This document shows, one piece after another, positions 47,681-57,070 of a DNA stretch of 64,000 bases (positions are counted from its first letter, which is position 1; every line of letters starts with the position of its first letter). The translations under genes were made by a program, and so were the position numbers. Origin of the DNA: Actinomycetota bacterium (GTDB taxonomy: Bacteria; Actinomycetota; AC-67); the NCBI GenBank assembly GCA_040905475.1, contig JBBDRM010000085.1, positions 3,959 through 67,958 of the forward strand. Direction: 5' to 3'. The notes beneath the pieces were generated by a model. That model saw only the letters and a program-made list of their open reading frames with translations. It did no database searches and was not told the DNA's origin.

Positions 47681-48625
47681 CTACAGAGCGATGCGCTCCC
47701 GGTGCCATGCGGCGGTGCCCCAGGCATGCGCGAGCGCCGTCGCCTTGTTGAGCCACAGATGCAGATCGTGCTCGTGGGTGTAGCCGATCGCGCCGTGCAC
47801 CTGGAGCGACGCGCGACACGCGTTCATCGCCGCGTCGGACGCATAAGACTTAGCCATCGAGACGTACCGCGAGCGCTGCTCGTCGCCGGTCGCGACCGAC
47901 CAGGCAGCCCGATACACGAGCGGCCGGGCGAACTCGAGCCCGAGCAGCGCGTCGGCGAGCAGGTGCTTGACCGCCTGGAACGAGCCGATCGGCTTGCCGA
48001 ACTGGTGACGCTCCTTCGCGTACGTCGCACCCAACTCGATGACGCGGGCGGCGATCCCGCACAGGACGGCCGCAGCCGCGAGGGCTCCCCGGTCGAACGC
48101 CGCGTCGTCGATCCCGGCGCCGTCGAATGCGAACAGGCGCCGGGTGGCGTCGATCGACGGGAGCCGCTCGAGGTGCAGATCGCTCGGCAGGACCGGGCCG
48201 TTCGGGGTCAGGATCAGGTCCGCGACATGCGCGTCGGCCAGCGTCACGCCGCTCATCGCGACGGTCAGGATCGCGTCGCCCGCCGCCACCCGCGGCAGCC
48301 ACTCCCGGGCGAGATCGCCCCCGATCGCGCGCAGCATCGGAACGCCGACGGCGGCCGTCTCGAGCAGCGGTTCGGGCAGCGCGGCACGCCCCGCCTCTTC
48401 CAGCAGGAGCACGAGGTCGATCTCCTCTCCGCCGAGGCCGCCGAATTCCTCGGGCACGGTGAGCCCGACAACGCCGAGCCCGGCGAGGCCCTTCCACAGC
48501 TTCGGCGAGCGGCCGGTCGGATCCGTCGTCATCGCGCGCACGTGCTCGGGCGGACACTCCTTCGCCAGGAAGTCGCGAACGGCGCGCTGGAACGCGCGCT
48601 GCTCGTCGGTGAACGTGAAGCGCAT
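47681..48625 (-). CDS. Acyl-CoA dehydrogenase family protein (beta-type partner).
   Basis: Start MRFTFTDEQRAF, 6 nt after the upstream stop. 314 aa. FGKPIGSFQAVKHLLA motif. Confidence 0.7.
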   Translation of the reverse strand: MRFTFTDEQRAFQRAVRDFLAKECPPEHVRAMTTDPTGRSPKLWKGLAGLGVVGLTVPEEFGGLGGEEIDLVLLLEEAGRAALPEPLLETAAVGVPMLRAIGGDLAREWLPRVAAGDAILTVAMSGVTLADAHVADLILTPNGPVLPSDLHLERLPSIDATRRLFAFDGAGIDDAAFDRGALAAAAVLCGIAARVIELGATYAKERHQFGKPIGSFQAVKHLLADALLGLEFARPLVYRAAWSVATGDEQRSRYVSMAKSYASDAAMNACRASLQVHGAIGYTHEHDLHLWLNKATALAHAWGTAAWHRERIAL

Positions 48626-48630
48626 CGCCC

Positions 48631-49764
48631 TCAGCCTCGGGGGAGGCCGAGCACGCGCTCGGCGACGATGTTGCGCTGGATCTCGTTCGTGCCGGCGTAG
48701 ATCGGCCCGGCGAGCGAGAACAGGAACCCGTCGGTCCACGGCCCGGCCAACTCGGCTTCCTCGCCGAGCACGGACAACGCGGTTCGATGCATGCGCTGAT
48801 CCATCTCGGACCAGAAGATCTTGTTCAGGCTCGTCTCGGCGCCGACCTCGCCGCCGGCCAGGAAATGCGAGACGGTCCAGTAGGTGTGCAGCCGGTACGC
48901 CTCGGTGTCGGTGACCGCGCGGGAAACCTCGTCGCGTAGGGACGCCGGGAGCGCAGCCGCGCGGGACCTATACAGCTTCACGAGCCGGGCGGCGGTCGCC
49001 ATGAAACGGCCCGGCGAGCGGAGCACCACGCCGCGCTCGAACCCGGTCGTCGACATCGCGATCTTCCAGCCCTCGCCGCGCCCGCCGAGCGTGTTGGCAA
49101 CCGGAACCTGCACGTCGTCGAGGAAGACTTCCGCGAAGCCCGCCTCGCCGTCGAGCTGCGCGATCGGACGGACCGTGACGCCGGGCGCGTCGAGCGGCAC
49201 GAGGAGGTAGGACAGCCCGCGATGCCGTTCCGAGCCGGGCTCGGTCCGGAAGATGCCGAACATCCAGTCGGCGAACGCTCCGCGCGAGCACCACGTCTTC
49301 TGCCCGCTCAGAACCCACTCGTCCCCGTCGAGCGTCGCGCGCGAGGTCAGCGACGCCAGGTCGCTCCCCGAGTTCGGCTCCGACCAGCCTTGGCACCAGA
49401 CCTCGTCGGACCGCGCGATCTTCGGCAGGTACCGCGCCTTCTGCTCGGGCGTCCCAAACTCGAGCAGCACCGGCCCGAGCAAGAAGATCCCGTTCTGATT
49501 CACGCGGCCCGGCGCGCCGGAGCCCCAGTACTCCTCCTCGAAGATCAGCCATTCGATGAGCCCGGCGCCGCGACCGCCGTACTCCTCGGGCCAGTTGACG
49601 ACCGCCCAACCGGCGTCGGCGAGGCGTCGCTCCCACTCGCGGTGCGCTTCGAAGCCTTCGGCGGTGTCGAACGACGGCAGTGGCTCGCGCGGGACGTTCG
49701 CAGAAAGCCAGGCGCGCGCCTCCGAGCGGAAGGCGTCCTGGGCCGGGGTGAAGGAAAGGTCCAC
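48631..49764 (-). CDS. Acyl-CoA dehydrogenase (alpha-type).
   Basis: GTG start. N-terminus MDLSFTPAQDAFRSEARAWLSANVP is paralogous to 40133..41293. Confidence 0.8.
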   Translation of the reverse strand: MDLSFTPAQDAFRSEARAWLSANVPREPLPSFDTAEGFEAHREWERRLADAGWAVVNWPEEYGGRGAGLIEWLIFEEEYWGSGAPGRVNQNGIFLLGPVLLEFGTPEQKARYLPKIARSDEVWCQGWSEPNSGSDLASLTSRATLDGDEWVLSGQKTWCSRGAFADWMFGIFRTEPGSERHRGLSYLLVPLDAPGVTVRPIAQLDGEAGFAEVFLDDVQVPVANTLGGRGEGWKIAMSTTGFERGVVLRSPGRFMATAARLVKLYRSRAAALPASLRDEVSRAVTDTEAYRLHTYWTVSHFLAGGEVGAETSLNKIFWSEMDQRMHRTALSVLGEEAELAGPWTDGFLFSLAGPIYAGTNEIQRNIVAERVLGLPRG

Positions 49765-49778
49765 GGGAGGCTAGAGTG

Positions 49779-49799
49779 TATCTGACGGGTCGTCAGATA
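49779..49799. promoter_or_regulatory. 21-bp perfect palindrome TATCTGACG-GGT-CGTCAGATA (candidate repressor operator).
   Basis: Seen directly, in the divergent promoter region between the ACAD gene (minus, start 49764) and the DUF1326 gene. Its core TCTGACGGGTCGTCAGA is repeated at 52317..52333. Confidence 0.5.
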
Positions 49800-49879
49800 C
49801 CTTCGGGCGTCCGCTCGACCGGCGCCTCTACTCGGTCGTATGGTTGGAAGGGCACGGGCGACCGAGGGAGGCGCAGATC

Positions 49880-50461
49880 ATGGCCTACACCATCAAGGGC
49901 GAGTACGTCGTCACCTGCAACTGCAATCTGATCTGTCCCTGCGGTGTCGACGGAACACCTACGTCGAAGGACGGCCAATGCCACGGCGGGCAGGTGCTCC
50001 ATGTCGCCGAGGGGACCAAGGATGGCGTCGACCTCGCCGGCGTCGACATCGGCTGGGTGTACCACATCCCCGGCAACGTAACGGGGGGAAATTGGACCAT
50101 GGTGCTCGTTCTCGACCCGAGCGTCTCCGACGAGCAAGTGAAAGCGGTCGAAGACATCATCCAGGGCAAGGACGGCGGACCGTTCGCAGACTTCGCGCCG
50201 CTGATCGGCACCTTCAAACCGACAGAACGCGCCCCAGTCTCGTTCACCGGCGGTAAAGAAGCGAAGGGCTCGATCGGTTCGAGCTCATTGGGCTTCACGC
50301 CCGTCCTCGGTGCGGACGGGAACCCGACGACCATCAAGAACGCGATGTTCGGATTCGCGCCCGAGTACGAGATCGGCAAGGGATCCGGCTCGGTCACGGC
50401 CGGGGGCATCTCGTACGACGCGATCTACGGCGAGCACGCGGCCTTCGAGTTCGCCAGCTAG
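49880..50461 (+). CDS. DUF1326-family protein.
   Basis: Start MAYTIKGEYVVTCNCNLICPC with a GAGGGAGG RBS. Cys cluster typical of DUF1326. Confidence 0.55.
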   Translation: MAYTIKGEYVVTCNCNLICPCGVDGTPTSKDGQCHGGQVLHVAEGTKDGVDLAGVDIGWVYHIPGNVTGGNWTMVLVLDPSVSDEQVKAVEDIIQGKDGGPFADFAPLIGTFKPTERAPVSFTGGKEAKGSIGSSSLGFTPVLGADGNPTTIKNAMFGFAPEYEIGKGSGSVTAGGISYDAIYGEHAAFEFAS

Positions 50462-50521
50462 GACGACGCCACAGCGTTACCCCGCGCTAGCATCTCCGGG
50501 CGCTCGACCGGGGAGGCTGTC

Positions 50522-51586
50522 ATGACGTATCGCGTCATCCAATGGAGCACGGGGAACGTCGGCCGTTACGCGCTTCGCGGGATCATCAACCATCCAGAGC
50601 TCGATCTCGTCGGGCTCTGGGTGCACTCCGAGAAGAAGGCCGGCATGGATGCCGGCGAGCTGGCCGGCGTTGGGCCCGTCGGCGTCATCGCGACCAACGA
50701 CGCCGAGGCGCTCCTCGCGCTCGACGCCGACGTCGTCGTCTACAACGCGACCGGCGACCTCCGTCCGCACGAGGCGGTCGAGGACACCGTCCGCATCCTC
50801 GATTCCGGCAAGAACGTCGTCGGAACGGCTTTGGTCCCGATGGTCTACCCGCCGAGCGCGCCCGAGCAGATGCGCGACCCGATCCAGGAGGCGTGCCTGC
50901 GGAACAACGTGTCGTGCTTCACGTCGGGCATCGACCCCGGCGTCGCGAACGACCTGCTGCCGCTCGTGATCACGGGGCTCGCCGAGCGGATCGACTCGGT
51001 GCGCGTGCAGGAGATCCTCAACTACGCGACCTACGACCAGCCCGAGGTGCTCTTCCACACTATGGGCTTCGCGAAGCCGCTCGATCACACGCCCATCCTT
51101 CTCCTGCCTGGCGTGCTGTCGCTCGCGTGGGGCTGCATCGTCAACGTCATCGCCGCCGGACTCGGCGTCGAGCTCGACGAGATCCGCGAGGTCGTCGTCG
51201 AGAAGGTCCCCGCGCCCGAGACGTTCGAGGTCCCCTCGGGAACCGTCGAGAAGGGCACGATGGCGGGATTGCGGTTCGAGATCCAAGGCATCGTCGGCGG
51301 CGAGGTGCGCATCGTCGTCGAGCACATCACCCGCCTGCGCGAGGACATCGCGCCGCACTGGCCGCCGCCGCCGGGCAAAGGCGGCTACAAGGTGCGCCTC
51401 GAGGGGTCGCCGACGATCACGCTGACCCTCGAGATGGAAGGCGACGGCGGCGACGAGAACTCGGGCGGATTGATCGTGACGGCCACGCGGCTGCTGAACT
51501 CGATCCCGGCCGTCGTGAACGCGCCGCCGGGCGTCCTGAGCGCCCTCGATCTGCCGCTGATCACGGGCAAAGGCTTGATGCGCTGA
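50522..51586 (+). CDS. NAD(P)-binding oxidoreductase, DapB-like (dihydrodipicolinate-reductase-like N-terminal fold).
   Basis: VIQWSTGNVGRYALRGII Rossmann motif. Confidence 0.5.
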   Translation: MTYRVIQWSTGNVGRYALRGIINHPELDLVGLWVHSEKKAGMDAGELAGVGPVGVIATNDAEALLALDADVVVYNATGDLRPHEAVEDTVRILDSGKNVVGTALVPMVYPPSAPEQMRDPIQEACLRNNVSCFTSGIDPGVANDLLPLVITGLAERIDSVRVQEILNYATYDQPEVLFHTMGFAKPLDHTPILLLPGVLSLAWGCIVNVIAAGLGVELDEIREVVVEKVPAPETFEVPSGTVEKGTMAGLRFEIQGIVGGEVRIVVEHITRLREDIAPHWPPPPGKGGYKVRLEGSPTITLTLEMEGDGGDENSGGLIVTATRLLNSIPAVVNAPPGVLSALDLPLITGKGLMR

Positions 51587-51603
51587 CCACCGGTCCCCGC
51601 CGC

Positions 51604-52005
51604 TTAGTGCGGATGATGGATCTTGAGCGGCGAATGCCGCGCGATCATGTCGAAGTCGCGGTCGTTGTGGAGGATCTCCGCTCCGGCGCGGATCGCTGGG
51701 ACGGCGACGAGACAGTCGGTCATCCCCCGCAACGTCTCCCCTGCCCGGCGGCACGACTGGAAGATGTATGCCGCGGCTTCGAAGTCGGCGAGGCCCGCAA
51801 GCGTGAGCATGGGGAGGTTGACGAGCCGCTCGCGGAGCACGCCCCGAGGAGGTCCCGGTTCCGCGCCTGCGAGAAGCTCCATCACGACGATCTCGGTGAC
51901 CGCCACCTGCACGTCGCGCGCAAACAAGCGCTCGAGTGCACGCCCAGCCGGGTGATCCGTGCCGCGAAGATGTTCGATCCACGCGGAGCTGTCGGCGACG
52001 ATCAC
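51604..52005 (-). CDS. vapC: PIN-domain toxin VapC.
   Basis: GTG start overlaps the vapB stop. PIN acidic residues (VADSSAW...E...D...NDRDF). Confidence 0.7.
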   Translation of the reverse strand: MIVADSSAWIEHLRGTDHPAGRALERLFARDVQVAVTEIVVMELLAGAEPGPPRGVLRERLVNLPMLTLAGLADFEAAAYIFQSCRRAGETLRGMTDCLVAVPAIRAGAEILHNDRDFDMIARHSPLKIHHPH

Positions 52006-52223
52006 TTCTTAGGGTGTGCTCGGCCGCGGATCTCGTCCAGGTCCCCCGGCCAGCCCATCCCTTGCAAGTCGAGCATGTCGCGCGGTCGGTACCGGCGTTT
52101 CCCGACGAGCGATTCCAGCGCGAACTGAACGGCCGCCCGCTTGGTCGGCAGGTCGTAGAGCTTCATGACCTTGGCCACCAGCTCATCGTCGATCACGATG
52201 TTCGTTCGCCCCATGATCTGCAT
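52002..52223 (-). CDS. vapB: VapB-family antitoxin.
   Basis: Start MQIMGRTNIVIDDELVAKVMKLYDL with a GAGGTG RBS. The track start 52280 lacks an RBS. Confidence 0.6.
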   Translation of the reverse strand: MQIMGRTNIVIDDELVAKVMKLYDLPTKRAAVQFALESLVGKRRYRPRDMLDLQGMGWPGDLDEIRGRAHPKK

Positions 52224-52316
52224 GATACACCTCGATACACATCGCCCTTCCTGGTAGGCGAGCCTATGGCCCTGGATCATGGAGTCCAGAGCAGCAACCA
52301 GCGCGATCGGTTGAAA

Positions 52317-52333
52317 TCTGACGGGTCGTCAGA
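52317..52333. promoter_or_regulatory. Second copy of the palindrome TCTGACGGGTCGTCAGA.
   Basis: Seen directly. It lies 13 nt upstream of the GTG start of the DUF35 / SCP2-thiolase / thiolase operon and is divergent from vapBC. Confidence 0.5.
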
Positions 52334-52345
52334 AAGAATGACGAC

Positions 52346-52783
52346 GTGCCCGAAGCCCCTTCCATCACCCCGGCTCCTGCCGTCGACGGCTGGTTCACCA
52401 CCGGCGCCGATCCGCACCTGATCGGCGTCCGCTGTCCGGCCTGCGGGACGTACGCGTTCCCGCCCGAGATCTTCTCCTGCCCGAACCCGCGGTGCGGGTC
52501 CTCGGACCTCGAGCGCGTGGCGCTGTCGCGTCGAGGCCGGGTCTGGTCGTTCTCGGTCAACCACTACGCCGCTCCCCCGCCGGCGCTATCCCCCGAGCCG
52601 TTCGAGCCGTACGCGGTCGCCGCGGTCGAGCTGCCCGAGGAGCGGATAGTTGTGCTCGGTCGCGTGGCCGACGGCGTCGCCTTGGATGAGCTCCAGATCG
52701 GCTCCGAGATGGAGATCGTCGTCGAGCCGATCATCCCGGGCGCCGACGAGCTCGTCTGGAAATGGAAGCCGGTGGGAGCTTGA
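52346..52783 (+). CDS. DUF35 OB-fold / Zn-ribbon protein (thiolase/aldolase partner subunit).
   Basis: Zn-ribbon CPACG...CPNPRCGS followed by an OB-fold. Immediately followed by an SCP2-type thiolase-like gene. Confidence 0.7.
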   Translation: MPEAPSITPAPAVDGWFTTGADPHLIGVRCPACGTYAFPPEIFSCPNPRCGSSDLERVALSRRGRVWSFSVNHYAAPPPALSPEPFEPYAVAAVELPEERIVVLGRVADGVALDELQIGSEMEIVVEPIIPGADELVWKWKPVGA

Positions 52784-53973
52784 GCGCGGGTCGCGTCGCG
52801 GTCGCCGGCGTTGGGATGCACCCCTGGGGCAAGTGGGGGAACAACTTCGTCTCGTACGGCGTCGTCGCGGCGCGCGCGGCGCTGGCAGACGCGGGCATCG
52901 AGTGGACCGACGTCCAGTTCATCGCGGGCGGCGAGACGGTGCGCAACGGCTACCCCGGCTACGTCGCCGGGGCGACCTTCGCGCAGGCGCTCGGCTGGTC
53001 GGGCGCGCAGGTCGCGACCTGCTACGCCGCGTGCGCATCGGGCGCGCAGGCGATCGACGTCGCGCGAGCGCGGATCCTTGCGGGGCTGTGCGACGTCGCA
53101 TTGGTGGTCGGATCGGACACCACGCCCCGAGGCTTCCTCGCGCCGTCGGGCGGCGAGCGGCGGACGGATCTCGACTGGCTGCGGTTCCGTCTCGTCGGGG
53201 CCACCAACCCGACGTACTTCGCGCTGTACGCGCGCCGGCGCATGGAGCTATACGGCGAGACCGAGGCCGACTGGGCGCAAGTGAAGGTCAAGAACGCGCG
53301 GCATGGGTTGAACAACCCGAACGCCCGCTACCGCAAGGAGGTCTCTGCGGACGAGGTGCTCGCGAGCGCGATGGTCTCCGACCCGCTGCGGCTGCTTCAG
53401 ATCTGCACGACCTCCGACGGCGCCGCGGCCGTGGTCCTCACATCGCTCGAGTACGCGAAGCGGCACGGGGTCCCAGACCCGGTCAAGGTCGCGGCCGTGT
53501 CGACGGTCACGCCGACCTACCCGCAGACGGCCATCGAGATGCCGTATCTATCGACCGACTCGGCGGCCGCCGTCGCGCCTCCCGAACGCCTGTTCCGCGA
53601 CGCGATCGCCCACGCGGCGCTGGAAGAAGCGGGTATCGGGCCCGAGGATCTCTCGCTCGCGGAAGTTTATGACCTATCCACGGCGTTGGAACTTGATTGG
53701 TACGAGAACATCGGCCTGTGCAAGGAGGGCGAGGCTGCGCGGCTGCTGCACGACGGCGACACGACGCTCGGCGGGCGCGTGCCGGTGAACCCGAGCGGCG
53801 GTCTGGCATGCTTCGGCGAGGCGGTTCCCGCACAGGCGATCGCGCAGGTGTGCGAGGTGACCTGGCAGCTTCGCGGGCAGGCCGAGGGCAGACAGGTGGC
53901 GAATGCAAACGTGGGACTGACCATCAACCAGGGGCTGTTCGGACACGGCTCCTCCGTGATCTGTGTGAGGTGA
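52762..53973 (+). CDS. Thiolase-like lipid-transfer protein (SCP-x / Ltp-type).
   Basis: RVAVAGVGMHPWGK N-terminus and an active-site Cys region (CYAACASG). Overlaps the DUF35 gene by 22 nt. Confidence 0.7.
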   Translation: MEAGGSLSAGRVAVAGVGMHPWGKWGNNFVSYGVVAARAALADAGIEWTDVQFIAGGETVRNGYPGYVAGATFAQALGWSGAQVATCYAACASGAQAIDVARARILAGLCDVALVVGSDTTPRGFLAPSGGERRTDLDWLRFRLVGATNPTYFALYARRRMELYGETEADWAQVKVKNARHGLNNPNARYRKEVSADEVLASAMVSDPLRLLQICTTSDGAAAVVLTSLEYAKRHGVPDPVKVAAVSTVTPTYPQTAIEMPYLSTDSAAAVAPPERLFRDAIAHAALEEAGIGPEDLSLAEVYDLSTALELDWYENIGLCKEGEAARLLHDGDTTLGGRVPVNPSGGLACFGEAVPAQAIAQVCEVTWQLRGQAEGRQVANANVGLTINQGLFGHGSSVICVR

Positions 53974-53976
53974 GCG

Positions 53977-55125
53977 ATGGCTGAGGCATACATCATCGAC
54001 GCGGCGCGTACGGCGGTCGGCAAGCGCGGCGGCGCGCTCTCGAAGGTGCACCCCGCCGACCTGGGCGCACACATCCTGAAAGCGATCGTCGAGCGCAGCG
54101 GCGTGGACCCGAACACGGTCGACGACGTCATCTTCGGCTGCATCGACCAGGTCGGCCCGCAGGCCGGCGACATCGCGCGCACCTCTTGGCTCGCGGCCGG
54201 GTTCCCCGAGGACGTGCCCGGCGTCACGATCGACCGCCAATGCGGCTCCTCGCAGCAGGCGGTTCACTTCGCGGCACAGGCCGTGATGAGCGGGACGATG
54301 GACGTCGTGATCGCCGGCGGTGTCCAGAACATGTCGCTGATCCCGATCGGCTCGGCCGGACGCGTCGGCAAGGACATGGAGCTCCCACACACCTTCCACG
54401 GGTCCGAGGGATGGGTGAAGCGCTACAACACCGAACCCGTCAGCCAGTTCTACGCCGCCGAGAAGATCGCGGAGAAGTGGAACATCAGCCGCCGGGACAT
54501 GGAAGAGTTCGCGCTCGAGTCGCACACCCGGGCTCGCCGCGCGCAGGCCGAAGGACGGTTCGACCGCGAGATCGTGCCGTTCGGCGAGTTCACGGTGGAC
54601 GAGGGCCCGCGCGACACCTCGCTCGAGAAGATGGCTTCGCTGGATCTACTGCCCGGCGCGAAGACGCTGACCGCGGCGGTCTCGTCGCCGACCAACGACG
54701 CGGCGTCGGCGGTCCTCATCGCGAACGAGGCGGCGGTCAAGCGGAACGGCTGGACGCCGCGCGCGCGCGTCCACTTCCTCGGCGTCCGCGGCGCCGATCC
54801 GATCTACATGCTCACCGCGCCGATCAACGCGACGTTCCACGCGCTCGAGAAGACCGGCATGTCGCTCGACGACATCGACCTGGTCGAGATCAACGAGGCG
54901 TTCGCGCCGGTCGTGCTCGCGTGGCAGAAGGAGACGGGGGCCGACCTGGGTCGCGTCAACGTGAACGGCGGCGCGATCGCGCTGGGTCACCCGATCGGCG
55001 CGACCGGGACGCGACTGATGACGACGCTGCTGCACGAGCTCGAGCGGTCGGGCGGCCGCTACGGGCTCCAGACGATGTGCGAGGGCGGCGGCCAGGCGAA
55101 CGCCACGATCATCGAACGCCTCTAG
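53977..55125 (+). CDS. fadA: Acetyl-CoA C-acyltransferase (thiolase II, FadA-like).
   Basis: IIDAARTAVGKRGG. Catalytic Cys in QCGSSQQA. NVNGGAIALGHPIGATG. CEGGG. Confidence 0.85.
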   Translation: MAEAYIIDAARTAVGKRGGALSKVHPADLGAHILKAIVERSGVDPNTVDDVIFGCIDQVGPQAGDIARTSWLAAGFPEDVPGVTIDRQCGSSQQAVHFAAQAVMSGTMDVVIAGGVQNMSLIPIGSAGRVGKDMELPHTFHGSEGWVKRYNTEPVSQFYAAEKIAEKWNISRRDMEEFALESHTRARRAQAEGRFDREIVPFGEFTVDEGPRDTSLEKMASLDLLPGAKTLTAAVSSPTNDAASAVLIANEAAVKRNGWTPRARVHFLGVRGADPIYMLTAPINATFHALEKTGMSLDDIDLVEINEAFAPVVLAWQKETGADLGRVNVNGGAIALGHPIGATGTRLMTTLLHELERSGGRYGLQTMCEGGGQANATIIERL

Positions 55126-55129
55126 CGCG

Positions 55130-55582
55130 ATGCCGGCCGTTCCCGCGCGCGTCTCGTTCGTCACGATCGGCGCGCACGACCTGGCCGCGCTGCGCGCCTT
55201 CTACGCGGGGCTGGGCTGGCGTGAGGCGATCTCGACCGATGGCTTCGCGGCGTTCGAGACCGGTGGAGCGATCCTCGGGCTCTTCCCGATCGAGGAGCTG
55301 ATCACCGACGCGAAGCTCGAGGTCTCGACGGAGCGCCCGGCATTTCGCGGCGTGACGCTGGCGATCAACGTGGAGTCGGCCGAGCGGGTCGACGAGACGC
55401 TCGACAACGCCCGGGACGCCGGCGCGATGATCCTGAAGGAGGGGACGACCGCCGAATGGGGCGGCCGTTCGGGTTACTTCGCCGACCCCGAGGGCAACAT
55501 CTGGGAGGTCGCGTGGATGCCGGGCTCGTGGTTCGACCCGAACGGCGGGCTCGTCCTGCCGGAACCTGAGCCCTCGGGGTGA
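55130..55582 (+). CDS. VOC-family protein (glyoxalase / bleomycin-resistance fold).
   Basis: VSFVTIGAHDLAALRAFYAGLGW...DPEGNIWEV. Confidence 0.7.
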   Translation: MPAVPARVSFVTIGAHDLAALRAFYAGLGWREAISTDGFAAFETGGAILGLFPIEELITDAKLEVSTERPAFRGVTLAINVESAERVDETLDNARDAGAMILKEGTTAEWGGRSGYFADPEGNIWEVAWMPGSWFDPNGGLVLPEPEPSG

Positions 55583-55595
55583 GCGTCGTCCCAAT

Positions 55596-55635
55596 GGTGA
55601 CTGTCATGACAGACATGTCTGTCATGTCTGTCACC
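55596..55635. repeat. 40-bp composite palindrome GGTGAC TGTCATGACAGACATGTCTGTCATGTCTGTCACC between convergent genes.
   Basis: Contains the perfect 18-bp palindrome TGACAGACATGTCTGTCA (55607..55624) and nested GTCATGAC / GACATGTC units. Confidence 0.45.
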
Positions 55636-55648
55636 TTCGTGGGACGGC

Positions 55649-57070
55649 TCAGGCGCGGTCGGCGGCCTTCAGCAGCTCATCGAGGGATCCATGCAGGCCG
55701 TCGGTGATCCGGTGAACATCGGGGAGCAGCGACGTGCACGAGATCGCTGCGAAGTTCATCTGGTCGATGTAGCTCCACACGGTGACGTTCAAGCCTATGC
55801 CCTCGAGGATCGGACCGACCGAGTAGAGCGCCGCGAGCTTCGCCCCGGCGATGTACAGAGGGGCGCGCGGCCCGGGCACGTTCGAGACGACCAGGTTGAT
55901 CGGCGGCCGATGCTTCGCCGCCAGCCCGCGGCGCGAGTAGGTACGCATGAACCAGTTGAACGGCCGAGGCGGCGCATACTCGAGCCAGCTCGCCATCGTG
56001 TCGGCACCCAGGATGTTCTGCACGATCTTCGCTTCCTTCGTGATCTCGTGGATCGCGCGCAAGCGTTCGACGGGGTCGGCGATGTCGGTACACAGCGAGG
56101 TGAACATGTTCGAGACCTTGTTTCCACCCAGCCGCGCCACGTCGTCGGGCTTGTCGGTGGCGACCGGAACGCCGGCGATCAAGGGCCGGTCGAGCCTCTC
56201 GCCGCGCTCCGCGAGGTAGCGCCGCACCGAGCTGCCGACGACGTCGAGGACGACGTCGTTGAGCGTGACGTCGAACGCGGTCTTGACCCGCTTGAAGTCG
56301 TCGAGAGCGAGCGAGGTCGTCGCGAAGGCGCGGCTCGCAGAGAGTGGCCCGTTGAACGAGGTTCTCGGCGCGTCGCGGATCGGGCGGGGCGGCCGGATCG
56401 TGGTCTGCTCGCGGTGACGCGCGAGGGCCTTCGCGCCGGCGCGAGTGCGCTTATACAGGGCAGGAACCAGTCGCAACGCCGCTCGCTTGTCGCTCCGGCC
56501 GGAGCGCGCAAGCGCTCGCGCGTCGGGGATCGGCTCGCCGCTCCACGGCTCGGCTGGAGGCTCCGGGTCGGCCGGCTCAGGGTCGACGCTGAGCACGTTC
56601 GCGAGAAGGGCGGCCGCGGCAACGCCGTCGGCGGCCGCGTGGTGGATCTTCGCGACGAACGCGACGTGGCCGTCCTCCAGTCCCTCGAGCGCCCACAGCT
56701 CCCAGAGCGGCTTGTCGCGGTCGAGTTGCGAGCTCGCGATCTTCCCGATGATCGCATCCATCTCCCGCGCGCCGCCGGGGGCCGGAACCGTCGTGCGCTT
56801 GAGATGCTTGTCGAGCGAGAAGTTGGGATCCTCGATCCACACCGGGTGGTGGATGCCCCGGGGAAGATCCACGATCCGCCGGCGGAACGGTGGAAGCAGG
56901 TGAAGACGCTTGGCGAGCTCCTCGCGGAAGCGCTCGAACGAGTAACCGCCGGGGACGTTGACCGGATCGATGACGCCGATCTTGAGCGTGTGCATGTGGA
57001 GCGTGGGCGTCTCCATGTAGAGGAAGCCCGCGTCCAGACCCGTCATGCGCTCCACGAGCGTCAGTGTCAC
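55649..57070 (-). CDS. Wax ester synthase / diacylglycerol acyltransferase (WS/DGAT).
   Basis: Catalytic HHxxxDG motif (HHAAADG). About 473 aa. Confidence 0.8.
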   Translation of the reverse strand: MTLTLVERMTGLDAGFLYMETPTLHMHTLKIGVIDPVNVPGGYSFERFREELAKRLHLLPPFRRRIVDLPRGIHHPVWIEDPNFSLDKHLKRTTVPAPGGAREMDAIIGKIASSQLDRDKPLWELWALEGLEDGHVAFVAKIHHAAADGVAAAALLANVLSVDPEPADPEPPAEPWSGEPIPDARALARSGRSDKRAALRLVPALYKRTRAGAKALARHREQTTIRPPRPIRDAPRTSFNGPLSASRAFATTSLALDDFKRVKTAFDVTLNDVVLDVVGSSVRRYLAERGERLDRPLIAGVPVATDKPDDVARLGGNKVSNMFTSLCTDIADPVERLRAIHEITKEAKIVQNILGADTMASWLEYAPPRPFNWFMRTYSRRGLAAKHRPPINLVVSNVPGPRAPLYIAGAKLAALYSVGPILEGIGLNVTVWSYIDQMNFAAISCTSLLPDVHRITDGLHGSLDELLKAADRA

